This document shows positions 51,474 through 64,000 of a stretch of DNA of 64,000 bases, piece after piece (the stretch's first letter is position 1; every line of letters begins with the position of its first letter). The position numbers were made by a program, and so were the translations under genes. Below the pieces are notes generated by a model. The model ran no database searches. It was not told where the DNA came from and saw only the letters and a program-made list of their open reading frames with translations. The DNA is from Octopus vulgaris (Eukaryota): the NCBI GenBank assembly GCA_951406725.2, contig OX597817.1, positions 156,550,001-156,614,000 on the forward strand. Reading direction: 5' to 3'.

Positions 51474-54400
51474 GCTTTGTTGTTGCTTCTCTCCAGCTGT
51501 GTGCCATCCTGCTCACATCAAAGCGACCAGTAAAATATTGACCCCTTTCACGTGTGCTTCTTACTCCCCATATTCCTGCAGTCTGTGTTTGTAGCCTGTG
51601 CTCTATATATATAATTATGTTATTTTCAGACATTGTCTCACATTTTGCAGCCTTTTATTGTTTTAAATGTTCAACCTTAGTTTGTTCATCATTACATCAT
51701 TGCAACACAAAACACACCTTGTTTTCTTCTCTCTCTCTCTCAAAACATGTTATCTCAGACAAACCTAAAGTCTATCTACAAATGACTTCATTCATGTACG
51801 ACCATATCTAGAATGGTTCTAAACCTTTGTTTTTTTATTCATTTGTGTTTCTCTTTTTTTGTGTATGCTTTGTTCTTTTTTTGTTTTTTAATTTGTTCTC
51901 TGACACCAAAGAACTGTTTCTTTGTTCCAAAATGTTCTTTGGATAGTTCTAAATATTACACTTAATCTCAAGTATAAATAGGTTTGTTTTTGTTTTGTTT
52001 TTTTTTTTTTTCTTTATTTTTTCTTTATGAAAGAAAGTAGAAAATGGCAGGAAAACCAAAATTCTTGTGTGCTTTCTGTAGATTGGCTGTACTATTTATG
52101 TTCATCTTATCTCTCTTGAATCAACTTCACCAAAGAATCTTGGTTGGCGTTAGTTCATCAGTTTTTCTCTTGACAACATAGTTTGCTTATTATTCCGTGG
52201 TGAGATAGATACCTTACAATGAGATCTTGGAATTTCAGTCCAAGATTATCTGGGGTGGGAGCTTAAAATTAATACTATTATTATGTTTGGTATTTCAAAA
52301 GATTCAACAACTGTTCTTCTCAACTGAAGTACAAATTTTGACATTTACATGAGAAGTTACATGAAACATTGAGAGGTCACTATTTCTCAATTAGGGTTTT
52401 ATGAAGCAAGACACTTCATTTTGTATGTTTCGGTGAAATTAGCTGGAAGCTTTGCTTCTTTTTCAGACCTCATACAAATGTCTAAATTTGATGCTCTCTC
52501 TCCAACATATATGGAAATGATGCAGCATATTTATAATTTTTATTTTAAATTTCTGAAATATAAAAACCAAATTACTGGGTCATCTTTGCCTTAATTTTAG
52601 GGTGTCTCATCCTAAGGATTATTTGTGGCCCTTATCAGGGAGTTTGTTGGAGGCTATCTTGTCTGTTGTATTGAAAAGGTTAGATTGAGAGAAATATTGA
52701 TATCATTCCTAGTCTTGTCACAAATCAAGGTCATGTAAACCCACCGGCATTTTTTAACATCTCTTCTTCCCTAAGAGTCATACAAAGACATTGCTTGTAA
52801 ACTGTCTTCCAAATTTGGTAAAGTATGTATGATTAGTTTTCATTAATGTTGTGTTGAGAATCCTGAAATTTAGTTTTTAATTCAAGTTGTTGTTTCAATA
52901 GCATTTGGCAAGCGTAACTAGAATAGTAGTCTTGCCTTTTGCTACATTATAAAACCTGTGTTTATGTGTGGGGGTGTCTGCCGGTGCTATATCATTGCAC
53001 TGAAGCTGCAACTCACCTGCTGAAGAATTCTGGTGTGTCAATGAAACTATTTTTGTCTTGGTGCTTAAAGCAGTAGGAAGGGGAATTCACAAATTCCACA
53101 GAGTAAATTGTTTGAAATGTTTACTAATCTATAGTTAGAGGTTTGCTTGAGCCTCGCTACACCCCTCACTCACCAGGTTTTCATATTCTGCTTGAAAAAT
53201 CTTATTGTACCTTAGAAAGCTTAATGAAAAGGGAGAAAAATTACAGGTATTATTGCTAAGAACGTGGCTTAGGTGGATCCAAATAACCTGGCTTCTGGTT
53301 TCATTGTTAATAACAGATTTAGTTTTTAGTATTTGTGGTTGTTGCTAAGTTCATTTCTGACCTTGAAATTCTGTTGCTATTTTCCTCTTTCAAATCTTTC
53401 TCTGTCCCTTAAAGAGCCATTCAGCAGTTTATACTCTATAGTTTGTTTTCCTAATTTTTCAGTTGGGCATTAAGTACTAAAAACACTGGATATTGTCGGA
53501 TTAAGTTAATAATAATATCAAATTAATTCAGAGATACATTTAAATAAATCATCATGCTAAATTAAATATATTGGGCTACTACGGTTGGGCTCGGTAACTA
53601 AGGAGTAAGAAGGAAATTCTCCACCATGTTATTAATTTGATACTGTTGTTGTAAGTATTCTGGTCATGAAAAGCTAAAGTGCTCTCAAACTATATATAAC
53701 ATGATGAGAGAGGCAGCACAACAGTGGGTCAAGAGGTGTCTTTAAATGTTATTGTCAAATTCTCTTTTACCAAGATATATAGCTATTTAACTGAATAGAG
53801 TATGTTTTGACCTTTAAAGCAAGCCCTATATACTACATTATCAGGATGTACAATAGGAATGTTTACAGTTGGGAACTATCATATATCTGCTTACCTCACT
53901 ATGCAAATGTTCACTGGATAAGGAGATGGGGGAATGGTTTCATTCCTGTATTTCAGCAGAAATATACTGTTCTAGGTTTTGTGTGTATTTTCTTGAAATC
54001 ACATTGAATATTTCTGTCTGAGTTACTAAAGATATATGTAATCTTAAGTGTCTAGAAACTCATGTTATGTATCCTTGAAGTTACACCCTACATGTGTGTA
54101 TGTCTAGGGATTCGTCATTATTTTAATGCCTATTTTCCATGCTAGCATGGTCAGACAATTCATTGAAGCAGATTTTCTACAGCTGACATGCTCTTCCTGT
54201 CACCCACACTTCATCTTGTTTCTAAGATAATATTTCCCTATGACCAGACATATTTTCCTAGCAGATAGGAAATGAATGGCCCCATTTGTATGATGGTGAT
54301 GCTCATTTATAACTGTCACATGACAGAGCAGATAGTAGATCAAAGGCATATCAGTTGTAACCTTTCTGTCTTTTTGGAGGGTATCCATGACTGCTTTATC

Positions 54401-55392
54401 TAATCTTTTTTTAGATTTGGCTGCTATTTTTAGCAGGTCAACTGCTCTAGATATTACAGATTGCATAGTTTGTGTTTATCTAACACACTCCATTCATTCA
54501 CCAGCCGCTTTACTGAGTGTACTGGGTGCACACATGTCATTATTAAACAGTGTTCTTTTGGAAAACTGGGGGTTGTTCAGCTCCCTGGTAAAGCTCACTT
54601 CAATAAAGTATCAAAATAGATACAATAATTTGCAATTGGTTTCAATAAAGTAAAGAATACTCATCACTTTTACATCCATTTTTTTCCATGCTAGCATGGG
54701 TTGGACAGGTGTTCCCCATCAGAGTGTCTTACAACTTGTGATCATTGTTTGTCATCTCCTTTATGAGGTTCAAACTCTTGAGTTAAGTTTTCATCAGTTC
54801 TTCCCATGTCTACCTTGGTTTTCCTCTTCTGCAAGTTCCATCCACTTGAATCACTTGGCATTTATTATTTTTTTTCTTTACCCACCATCCATCATATACA
54901 TAACATGCCCATACTGGCACAGTTTTCTCTCGTGCACATCCAGCATGCTTGCACCATTTCTTTCCAGCTTTCACACATGCTCCAGATTCAATGTCCATGT
55001 AATATCACACTTTGTACACAAGCATTATATAATTTGCTCTTCATTGCAAGAGAAAAAAGCTCTTTGTTGTCAGTAGAGGTAATAAATGATTCCCCTGGGA
55101 TTCTTAACAAATAATTATTTTGCTTCTATAGGCATGGAACCCAATGAGAGAACAGTAGTCATCTTTATGATAGCATTATGCACATTGTATAATTCTAAGA
55201 ATCTAATTGTTGTTGTCTAGCTCCAAGTCAACCCTTTGACTTGTGATTTCAATTCAACAGAGCATCAAATTACGAATGATTTTAGTGTGCTGCGAGAAGA
55301 GAATTTTAATATTACAACACATTTTTATAGTCTAGTATTAACATTATTCATATTTTAAACTCTTTTTCCCCATATATATATATGTATGTGTG

Positions 55393-55425
<33 letters not shown>

Positions 55426-55511
55426 ATATATACTCTTTACTCTTTTACTTGTTTCAGTCATTTGACTGCGGCCATGCTGGAGCACCACCTTTAGTCGAGC
55501 AACTCGACCCT

Positions 55512-55705
55512 GGTGTGAATGCCAAGCAGTACAGCATGTCGTTTCCAAATTTCTGGCTGAGTGAATTGCACAATGGTGCTGTTTTTGTCACAGACGGTGC
55601 CCAACTGACTCTACTATACTGTGTAGTCAATAAAATCAAAAACAAACAATGCACATGCACGAAATTAAAAATGTAAAGTGGCAACAATTTACCCATCGCA
55701 CCCTG
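55512..55705 (-). mobile_element. 5' end fragment of the same maT-like transposon
   Basis: Reverse-complement match to 17347-17540. Confidence 0.8.
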
Positions 55706-56190
55706 TATATATGAACAAAAGAAAGCAGCACTCAACAGATTTGCTTGGAGTACATGTGTTAAATAACAGTTTGTTTCAGCTCCTTAAATCCTCGGAGATG
55801 GGACATACAATAGGCACCCACTAAACTTGAAGTCATGTGGAACTGAATCAAACTCTTATTTCACACACACACATATATATAAATGTTTGTTTTTATGCTC
55901 AGTTATAATAAAAACAATTTGTTACTAATTTGGTGGGTTACTCTATACTCTTGTAAGAGTACAGATTTATACTATATGCTTACACAAGAATGTTATTGAC
56001 AGTTACTTTGATGATTTGACCAGTCCAATGATGGCTCAGCTGGCTGAAACTTCAAAGTTACTGTCAACAACATTCTTGTATAAGAATAATAAGTAAATAT
56101 ATATATATATATAATGTACACACACATCTATGATATGTGCTCACACATATATGTACAATATGTATGTATACATCTGTATATGCGCATTAT

Positions 56191-56583
56191 GTAGGCGCAG
56201 GAGTGGCTGTGTGGTAAGTAGCTTGTTTACCAACCACATGGTTCTGGGTTCAGTCCCACTGCGTGGCACCTTGGGCAAGTGGCTTCTACTATAGCTTCGG
56301 GCCGACCAAAGCCTTGTGAGTGGATTTGGTAGATGGAAACTGAAAGAAGCCCGTCGTATATATGTATATATGAGTATGCGTGTGTGTGTTTGTGTTTGTC
56401 CCCCTAGCATTGCTTGACAACCGATGCTGGTGTGTTTATGTCCCCGTTACTTAGCTGTTCGGCAAAAGAGACCGATAGACTAAGTACTGGGCTTACAAAA
56501 GAATAAGTCCCGGGGTCGATCTGCTCGATTAAAGGCGGTGCTCCAGCATGGCCGCAGTCAAATGACTGAAACAAGTAAAAGAG
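56191..56583 (+). mobile_element. SINE family C, full length
   Basis: ggcgcaggagtggctgtgtggtaag...gggttcagtccc head, followed by the same body as the other copies. Confidence 0.9.
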
Positions 56584-57229
56584 AAAGAGAAATATAGTTT
56601 TATTATAATGTGCTTTGTTTATAATCCCAGTCTTATACAATGAGAATTATACATTTATAAATGTTTATGTATCTATGTGACGTCATATATTTATAAATAC
56701 CATTCTACTATATGCTTGTATGTTTGTACTTCATAATTATGATACTCTTTTCACTTAATTTGTATGTGTGTGTGTGGGTATGCCAATATAATTTAATTGC
56801 CTTTTCAAACTGACACTCATTAAATTTCCACTCTACTGAAATTCATTAAATAAATTACAGACACCAAATACTTAATTAAGTTTGTATAGTCATGGTGGTT
56901 TGAGATATGAAAGGTTGGCAATGGGGGGGAATATATAACTATTTGTGATTTCTCTGCGTATATATATATAAATGTGTATATAAACACTGTCATTTTGATT
57001 CTTTATATTAGTATGTGTGTATGTATGTATGTATGTAATATATAACAATAGTAAACAATACTTCAGTTACTCTTCCCTGATATTCTATATTTTTCCCTAA
57101 TCTACTCTATTGATTTCCTAGGGAACCATCACCACTACTAGGAGGGTAACCTTCTATTGTCAGTTTTCATCAGGCGCAACACACCTTCCCCCTTATGTGG
57201 TGTGGCAGCTTAGAATGGTTGACTTTTAC

Positions 57230-57298
<69 letters not shown>

Positions 57299-58550
57299 CA
57301 CACACACACCTCTTCACAGCCACCACATTGCTCCACTGCTGCCAAGGTAGAATTCTCAAGTACAGCAATGCTATCTCTCTCTCTACTTCACCCAGACCCA
57401 TCTTGATATCCATGTAGCTGTAGTGACATAGGGGTGAGGTTGGATTGGATTGGGTTGGGGGCGCTGTAACTGGGCCTTCTTGCCCTGCCCCAATCTATCA
57501 AGCAAGTAACTTTTACTGTCCCAGAACTGTTCACCTCAGATTCCCCTTCACACTGACGACTTCCCCCCACCCTGGTCCCTCTCTCAAATTAGGGGTCAGA
57601 GAGGGAGTGTGAGGAGTGATTTGTCCCTATCTAAAGTTGATTTTGTTCCTTGATTTTTTTTTTTCTTTCCTTCCTTCTTTACCCCCACCCCCACCCTTCA
57701 TTCCTCTGGGATTGGGGATGTCAGCAGACCTCCATCCACACCTGTTGCCACTGACATCCTGACTCTGTTACCTTCTTCCTCCTCCTCTGCTACTAACCCA
57801 CCCCCACCCACCACCATGCTCTTGAAGTGGGGAATGGGGCCATTTTTAATCACTGGTTGATTTGCCCTGTTGGATTTGTTATGGTAGGAATAGTTTCTCT
57901 TGTTCCAGTACCAGCACACCCCTCCCCCCACTCCAAAGTGCTGACCCAGATTTGGAGGAGGGGTGGGGGGTGTTTAGTTTTAGTTATATTAATGAATTAT
58001 TCAACCTAAAAATGACGACCTCCACTTCTCATATTCTCCCCCCCCTCTCTCACTCTCTCTTTCACATACATGCACACACACACATACAAACACACTGATG
58101 GCAGGTAATCCTGTTACGTACTTACACAAGTAACTGTGTGTGTGTGTGCATGCCATTATATGAACACCCAGGAACACACTAGTACCTGTGTAATCTTACC
58201 TACATAAACACCAACTGCCACAACCACCACCCACTACTACTACCTCTACCATTACCACCACACACAAGCACACACACACACACACTTTGCCATTTCCTCT
58301 TCTTGTCTTTCCCTTACCAACTCTTCTACTCTGTATTATCAACTATTGCTATACCAGAGACCACTGCTACCTATACTGTTATAACAGAAAGCTTTTAAAG
58401 CCACAGCTGTAGTGTGTGCAAACTGTTCCGGCTAATGCTATAGAAATGATAGTACTTATTACAGCTAATGCTGAAGTGGAGATAATACTATTATTTGTGC
58501 AGTATGGATATATATACTTATAAGTGCATTGCTTATATACCAGCCTTATA

Positions 58551-58690
58551 TGTTACGTTCTGAGTTCAAATTCCACCGAGGTCGACTTTGCCTTTCATCC
58601 TTTCGGGGATCGATAAAGTACCAGTTTCGCACTGGAGTCGATGTAATCGACTTAATCCCTTTGTCTGACCTTGTTTGTCCCCTCTATATA
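58551..58690 (+). mobile_element. SINE B fragment
   Basis: gttctgagttcaaattccaccgaggtcgactttgcc core. Confidence 0.8.
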
Positions 58691-59053
58691 TATGTATTTA
58701 AATTAGTAAATATTTACATGGAGTAGAGAATAACTATTAAAGTCATGGTATAAAATGAAGGCTAAATGCAAAGTCGCATGACCTAGTGGTGAAAGTGTTG
58801 GACTCGCGATTGTATGGCCAGGAGTTCAATTTCCAGGCTGGGCAGCATCGCGTCCTTGAGCAGGGCGTTTCTTTTCATGTAGCTCCAGTCCGCTTGACTG
58901 AAAAATGAGAACCAGTGGTAGGACTGGAATTTTAACCCTGCATTGGTTTGGCATCCCATTTAGAGGATGTGGCCTCATACTCTCAGTATCCCAAATAAAC
59001 CCCAGCATTATGAACCTGGAGGCTTGAAACAAACTTTAGGTAACTTTATCTGT

Positions 59054-59446
59054 TGGATTGGAAGCACTCTGTCGGTTACGACGACAAGGGTTCCGGTTGA
59101 TCCGAATCAACGGAACAGCTTGCTCGTGATATTAACGTGTAAGTGGCTGAGCACTCCACAGACACGTGTACCCTTAACGCAGTTCTCAGGGATATATTCA
59201 GCGTGACACAGAGAGTGACAAGGCCGGCCCCTTGAAATACAGGTACAACAGAAACAGGAAGTAAGAGTGAGAGAAAGTTGTGGTGAAAGAGTACAGCAGG
59301 GATCACCACCATCCCCTGCCGGAGCCTCGTGGAGCTTTAGGTGTTTTCGCTCAATAAACACTCACAACGCCCAGCCTGGGAATCGAAACCGCGATCCTAT
59401 GACCGCAAGTCCGCTGCCCTAACCACTGGGCCATTGCGCCTCCACT
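59054..59446 (-). mobile_element. SINE family A copy
   Basis: Reverse complement of 210-597; 11-bp TSD actttatctgt at 59043-59053 and 59447-59457. Confidence 0.9.
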
Positions 59447-59959
59447 ACTTTATCTGTACTCTATAGACTATTAAAGCTACTATTACAGTGGGTAGACTAC
59501 AGCTGTTGCTGTAATAGAAAGACTGCTACTATTGTGGAGAGACTGCTACTATGACAGCCACTGCTTTCCATGGTAACCTACTACTACAGCTACTGCTCTA
59601 GGGGGAGAGACTCCTACTACAGTCACTGCCCTAGGGGGCGGGGAGAAATTCCTGCTACCCTTATTGAGTACAGAAAAAGAGACTTCCAAAGAAGTAATAA
59701 GAGGAAAAGATTAGAAAACTTGGTATCAGAGTAGCAGTCTTACAGCTATTTATACTACTACTACTACTACTGATCTTCTATATAATAAAAATTCTAGCAG
59801 GGTATTTATTATAAGGGTGGCATGTAAAATAAGTAACAGAAGTAGCAATGTGTTGAAAAGTTTCCTTATGTTAGCCAACCCTGGGGCATCTACCACCACC
59901 AACACAAACCAACTTTGACATCTATACAATAATACACACACACACACACTCTCTCTCTT

Positions 59960-60012
<53 letters not shown>

Positions 60013-60866
60013 ATATATATATACTGGAATAATTCAGAGAATGTTACTTCAATTGATTCATCTCTACTCCAGAACTTGAGAATGGCATCATGTTAAAAAG
60101 GAGCGGTTGGTTTGGTGGTTCCCCTCTCTCTCCCTCTCTCTCTCTCTCTCTCTACCACCACCCTCACATCTCACCACCACCGCCACCGGGGCGGGCGGCC
60201 GGCTGCAGCAGGTCTGTCTGCTGGGTTGTTGGTAAGGTAGTGTGATGTGGGGGGGAAGGGGATGGAGGGCTGGAGGAGAAGGTTGAGGAGTAAAGGCAGT
60301 CTAATCTAAATGCACTGTATTAATGATGGTAGTGGTTGTGGTGGTGGTGGTGGTGGTGTATTATACTGTGTGTAGTAGCAGCAGACAGCCCACCCACCTC
60401 AAACACACACACACACACACACATGCTTCCTCTTCTCTTCTCTCTCTCTCTCTCTTTCATTCACACATCCTCTCACTCACTCTTTTACTGGGATTTGCTG
60501 TGTTACTTGAAATAGCTGATGAAAGTCCTAAGGCGATAATCTTCTTGGTGGTGGAAAAACCTTTCTTTACATGTTTTATTGGAGGTTTTTATTCACAGGA
60601 ACCGAATGGAACCAGACTGTATAACTTTTCGAAACTTTCAGTAACCTCTTTCCTGCTTTCTTTCGTCTTTCGGAGCAGTACACCACTGCTTACATTCTCT
60701 CTCTCTCACGCACATACTGTTTGAGGGTTAGAGAAGTACACACCCATACCTAGCAGTACATATTCATCCATAGGTGTATATACCCATACGCACACACACA
60801 CACATATATTTTGTTTGTTCTCTGTTTCCTCACTGTTTAACTAAAAATGACCATCACCGTCCACAG

Positions 60867-61091
60867 TTTCCTGGTCAGTTTTATGGTGGATGCACGCGGT
60901 GGGGCCATGCGGGGTAGCCGTCACTCCGGAGTACGTATCATCATTCCACCTCGGAAAGCATACATGCCCACAAGAGTAACCTGCAAGCTGATTAAAAGAG
61001 AAAAATTAAGCCATCCGCCTCCCCTCAATGAAGGTGAGGCACTTGCTAGCCGCATTCTCGAGATGGGGCCTGTTGGAGTCAAATTTCTTGG
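60867..61091 (+). CDS. ANK: Ankyrin exon H: first ZU5 (spectrin-binding) exon ([28 protein letters not shown]...[21 protein letters not shown])
   Basis: Hallmark [12 protein letters not shown]...EGExLASR ankyrin ZU5-N sequence; ccacag acceptor, gg|gtaagt donor; phase 2-2. Confidence 0.97.
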
Positions 61092-62304
61092 GTAAGTCCT
61101 TCTTTCAAGTTTTTCTTATTTTATTGTTAAGCATGCAGGGCAAAATTCTTAGCAGCATTTTGTCCATCTTTTACATTCTGAGTTCAAATCCTGCTGAGGT
61201 TACTTTACCTTACAGGGGTCGATAAAATAAGTACCAGTTGAGCACTGGGAGCAATATAATTGACTTACCTCCTCCCCCAAAGTTGTTGGCCTTGTACTAA
61301 AATTTGAAACCAATATTATTTTAATTGCCGGAGTGGATTAAATGCCTGAATGTGCACCACTTTATGTTCTAAGTTCACATCCCACCAAGGTCAACCTTGC
61401 CTTTCATCCTTCTGGGCATAAGCACTGGAACAAAATTTGCTTAGAGGGTGCAAACCCCAGTCTAACTTGGGATGTTCAAAGCATTTTCATTGCTCCCACA
61501 AAATTTTAGGGAGTGCAAGCACACACCCCTGCACTCCCTGTTTCCAAGCCTATGTCCCAGGATTAATAAATAAACATCTGTTGTTGATCTTAATTCACAA
61601 TACTCACCCTACCCCACCAAAAAAAAGAAAAAGAATTGAGGCTTGTGCCTATGTTAGAAATCAATATTATCTTGATGTGTTGTATGCGTTGTTAAACTGT
61701 ATTTCATGTGTGTTGTTACAATTTTTAAATATTATTGATTGGTCTGTTAAGATTATTGGTTAGTCTGTTAAGAATGGATTTTCAAAGAAAAACTAAGTAT
61801 TCTGCTGTTTCATAAACAAAGCATGAAGCCTTAATTTAATTGTGATATGATGAAGATGTCAATGATGATTGACCAACATCATCATTATCATCACCATGCC
61901 TTAGTGTTTCACTTGATGATGTCTATATCGGGAACAAGTTGGCAACAGACAAACCACTCTATATATCCTCATTACTGTATCTATACGGAAAAGGAAATTT
62001 CTCCAACCAGTTCCACAAACAGCAGTCTGAGTAGAAATAAAATATAGAGGAAGGAAAACAGTAACACTAAAGGTCTGGTTGTAAGTCTGTTGGACTGAGT
62101 ATTTACTACCTGTGTGTGGAGTGTAACCTTGCACTCTGGGTCATAGGAACATCATGAAGCACTTCAGGTCTTCATCTACTGTATCTTGGGATAAGTCAAA
62201 CAGCTGGTGACTTTACCTACAGGACAAACTGAGTCTAACATTGTGACTTGATAAAACACTTGTTGATTATACAGTACTTCTGCTTACAAGTAATATGTGT
62301 TCCA

Positions 62305-62537
62305 AAGGCGGCAAACTGGCAGAAACGTTAGCATGCCGGGCGAAATGCTTAGCGGTATTCCATCTGCCGCTACATTCTGAGTTCAAATTCCGCTGAGGTC
62401 GACTTTGCCTTTCATACTTCGGGGTCAATAAAATTAGGACCAGTTACACACTGGGGTCGATATAATCGACTTAATCCCTTTGTCTGTCCTTGTTTGTCCC
62501 CTCTATATTTAGCCCCTTGTGGGCAATAAAGAAATAA
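62305..62537 (+). mobile_element. SINE family B
   Basis: Full-length copy colinear with 24581-24815. Confidence 0.88.
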
Positions 62538-62894
62538 ACGTATGTTCCCATCCTGGAGTATCTTACAAGCAATTAAATGGACTGATCTGTTTCAAAAATT
62601 GTGCTTTGGCCACATGCTCAATGTCGTGTCACTTCCAGGCTATGAATTATTCAACACCCTATCAGCTTTGGTTTGCAGCTCACTTCATGTCTGTATATAT
62701 GATATCAAATATACAGATGCTTACTAAATGGTTTTAAAGGCTCAGTCCTTAATGCCAGTTTTACAGTGGGAAGCAAACAAATAGGAAAGAAATCTTCCTG
62801 TGGATGAGGCATTTCTCTGTGGAAGCTACCATCCCCAAATAAACCTGATACCATGACAGTTGGAACTGCATAGAGCAAGCAGATGGGTCACATT

Positions 62895-63115
62895 CTCTTG
62901 AAAGAGCTGTTCTTCACTCCTGCTCCAGAGCTTCGGCTGCGGGGTCATTCCGAAAAGCTCTACCTGCGATGATTTCATCTCAATCAAAGGAGAGGAGCTT
63001 TCTCCGTCCGGGTTGCGGATCCGTGGAACAAGCTGCCAGACGAGATGGTGAAGATGCCGACGACCGCTTTGTTTAAAGTCTCCCTTGACCTCAAGTGGCC
63101 TGAACTCTTTACATG
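62895..63115 (+). mobile_element. Second CR1-type LINE 3' fragment
   Basis: Nearly identical to 11981-12202. Confidence 0.9.
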
Positions 63116-64000
63116 ACGACAATCTATCACAAATAGCATTGTTTCCTCCATCACCACCTGCCAATAACCAGGTACCTATTTCTGACTACAGCTGAGTTAA
63201 GTGCCCAGAAAGACAAAACACTTGTAACAGATTTGAGCCCAGGATTAATGCACTAGTAGCCTGGTACTTTAACCACTGATCCACCTTACTGTTACCATTT
63301 GTGTTGTTATTCTCAGATTACTTAAAGGTCATACATTCCAGGTCTCCACATTGAGGTGACTGTGACATTTTGTAACTCAGACTGCATACTTTTATAACTA
63401 AGCAACAATAATCCTTGAGATGTTCATACCTAAACTAAATAAAAGACAAGGAGTTAAGTGCCATGTCTGATTGATAAAAATCTATTTTTATAAGAGTCTT
63501 TTTTTCTTTCTTTTTTTTTTTAGTTATGAGCTCATAAATGTATAATGTGCTTGTTGAAAATAAAATTGCTATATTTTTAATGCTCAGTTGAGGTTGCAAT
63601 TAAACAAGAGAAGTTTTAGAGTCATTTAGACCAAAACTATACAGATATTTCTGTGAAAATATTTTGAGAACAGTATTAACCTTTTTGTTAGCATATTTCT
63701 GATGAATAACACAGTTTTTGCATTTCAAACTGGAAAATATTCAAGAATTTGGAGATCTTAATAAAATAAAATAAATAACTTTTTCATTAATTAGCTGGTA
63801 TTTAGAACATGAAATGTTCTTATAAAAAATGTTGGAAAGCTTCAATTTTAATAGAAACACTTTTAAAACTTGACAATTTTGTATCATAAAACTTAAGGCC
63901 TGGCACAAGTGGAGTGGTATCAAAATGGTTAAGTTTTACTCATTAAGGATTTTATTAAAAGATATTAAAGATTATTTTTCTAATCATCATGAAATTGCAA

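Overview
This is AT-rich, repeat-dense animal genomic DNA. The SINE families suggest an octopod cephalopod, which is an inference. The whole window lies inside one large + strand ankyrin gene (ANK1-3 / Drosophila Ank2 / unc-44 type). Eight GT-AG exons splice into one open frame, running from the last ANK repeat (1248-1419) through six linker exons to the first ZU5 exon (60867-61091). The gene start and end lie outside the window. Nearly all other ORFs in the track are microsatellite or transposon noise. The introns hold several SINE families, two CR1-type LINE 3' fragments, a maT/Tc1-mariner remnant, Helitron-like elements, MITEs, tandem repeats and a 5S rRNA retrocopy. The most interesting observations are an expanded linker of skippable in-frame exons, a possible internal promoter just before ZU5, a 5S-SINE chimera, three SINE-into-SINE-head insertions, hammerhead-like motifs in a palindrome, and a hairpin with three regular tandem G.A mismatches. 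There is no prokaryotic-type system such as CRISPR or an operon.
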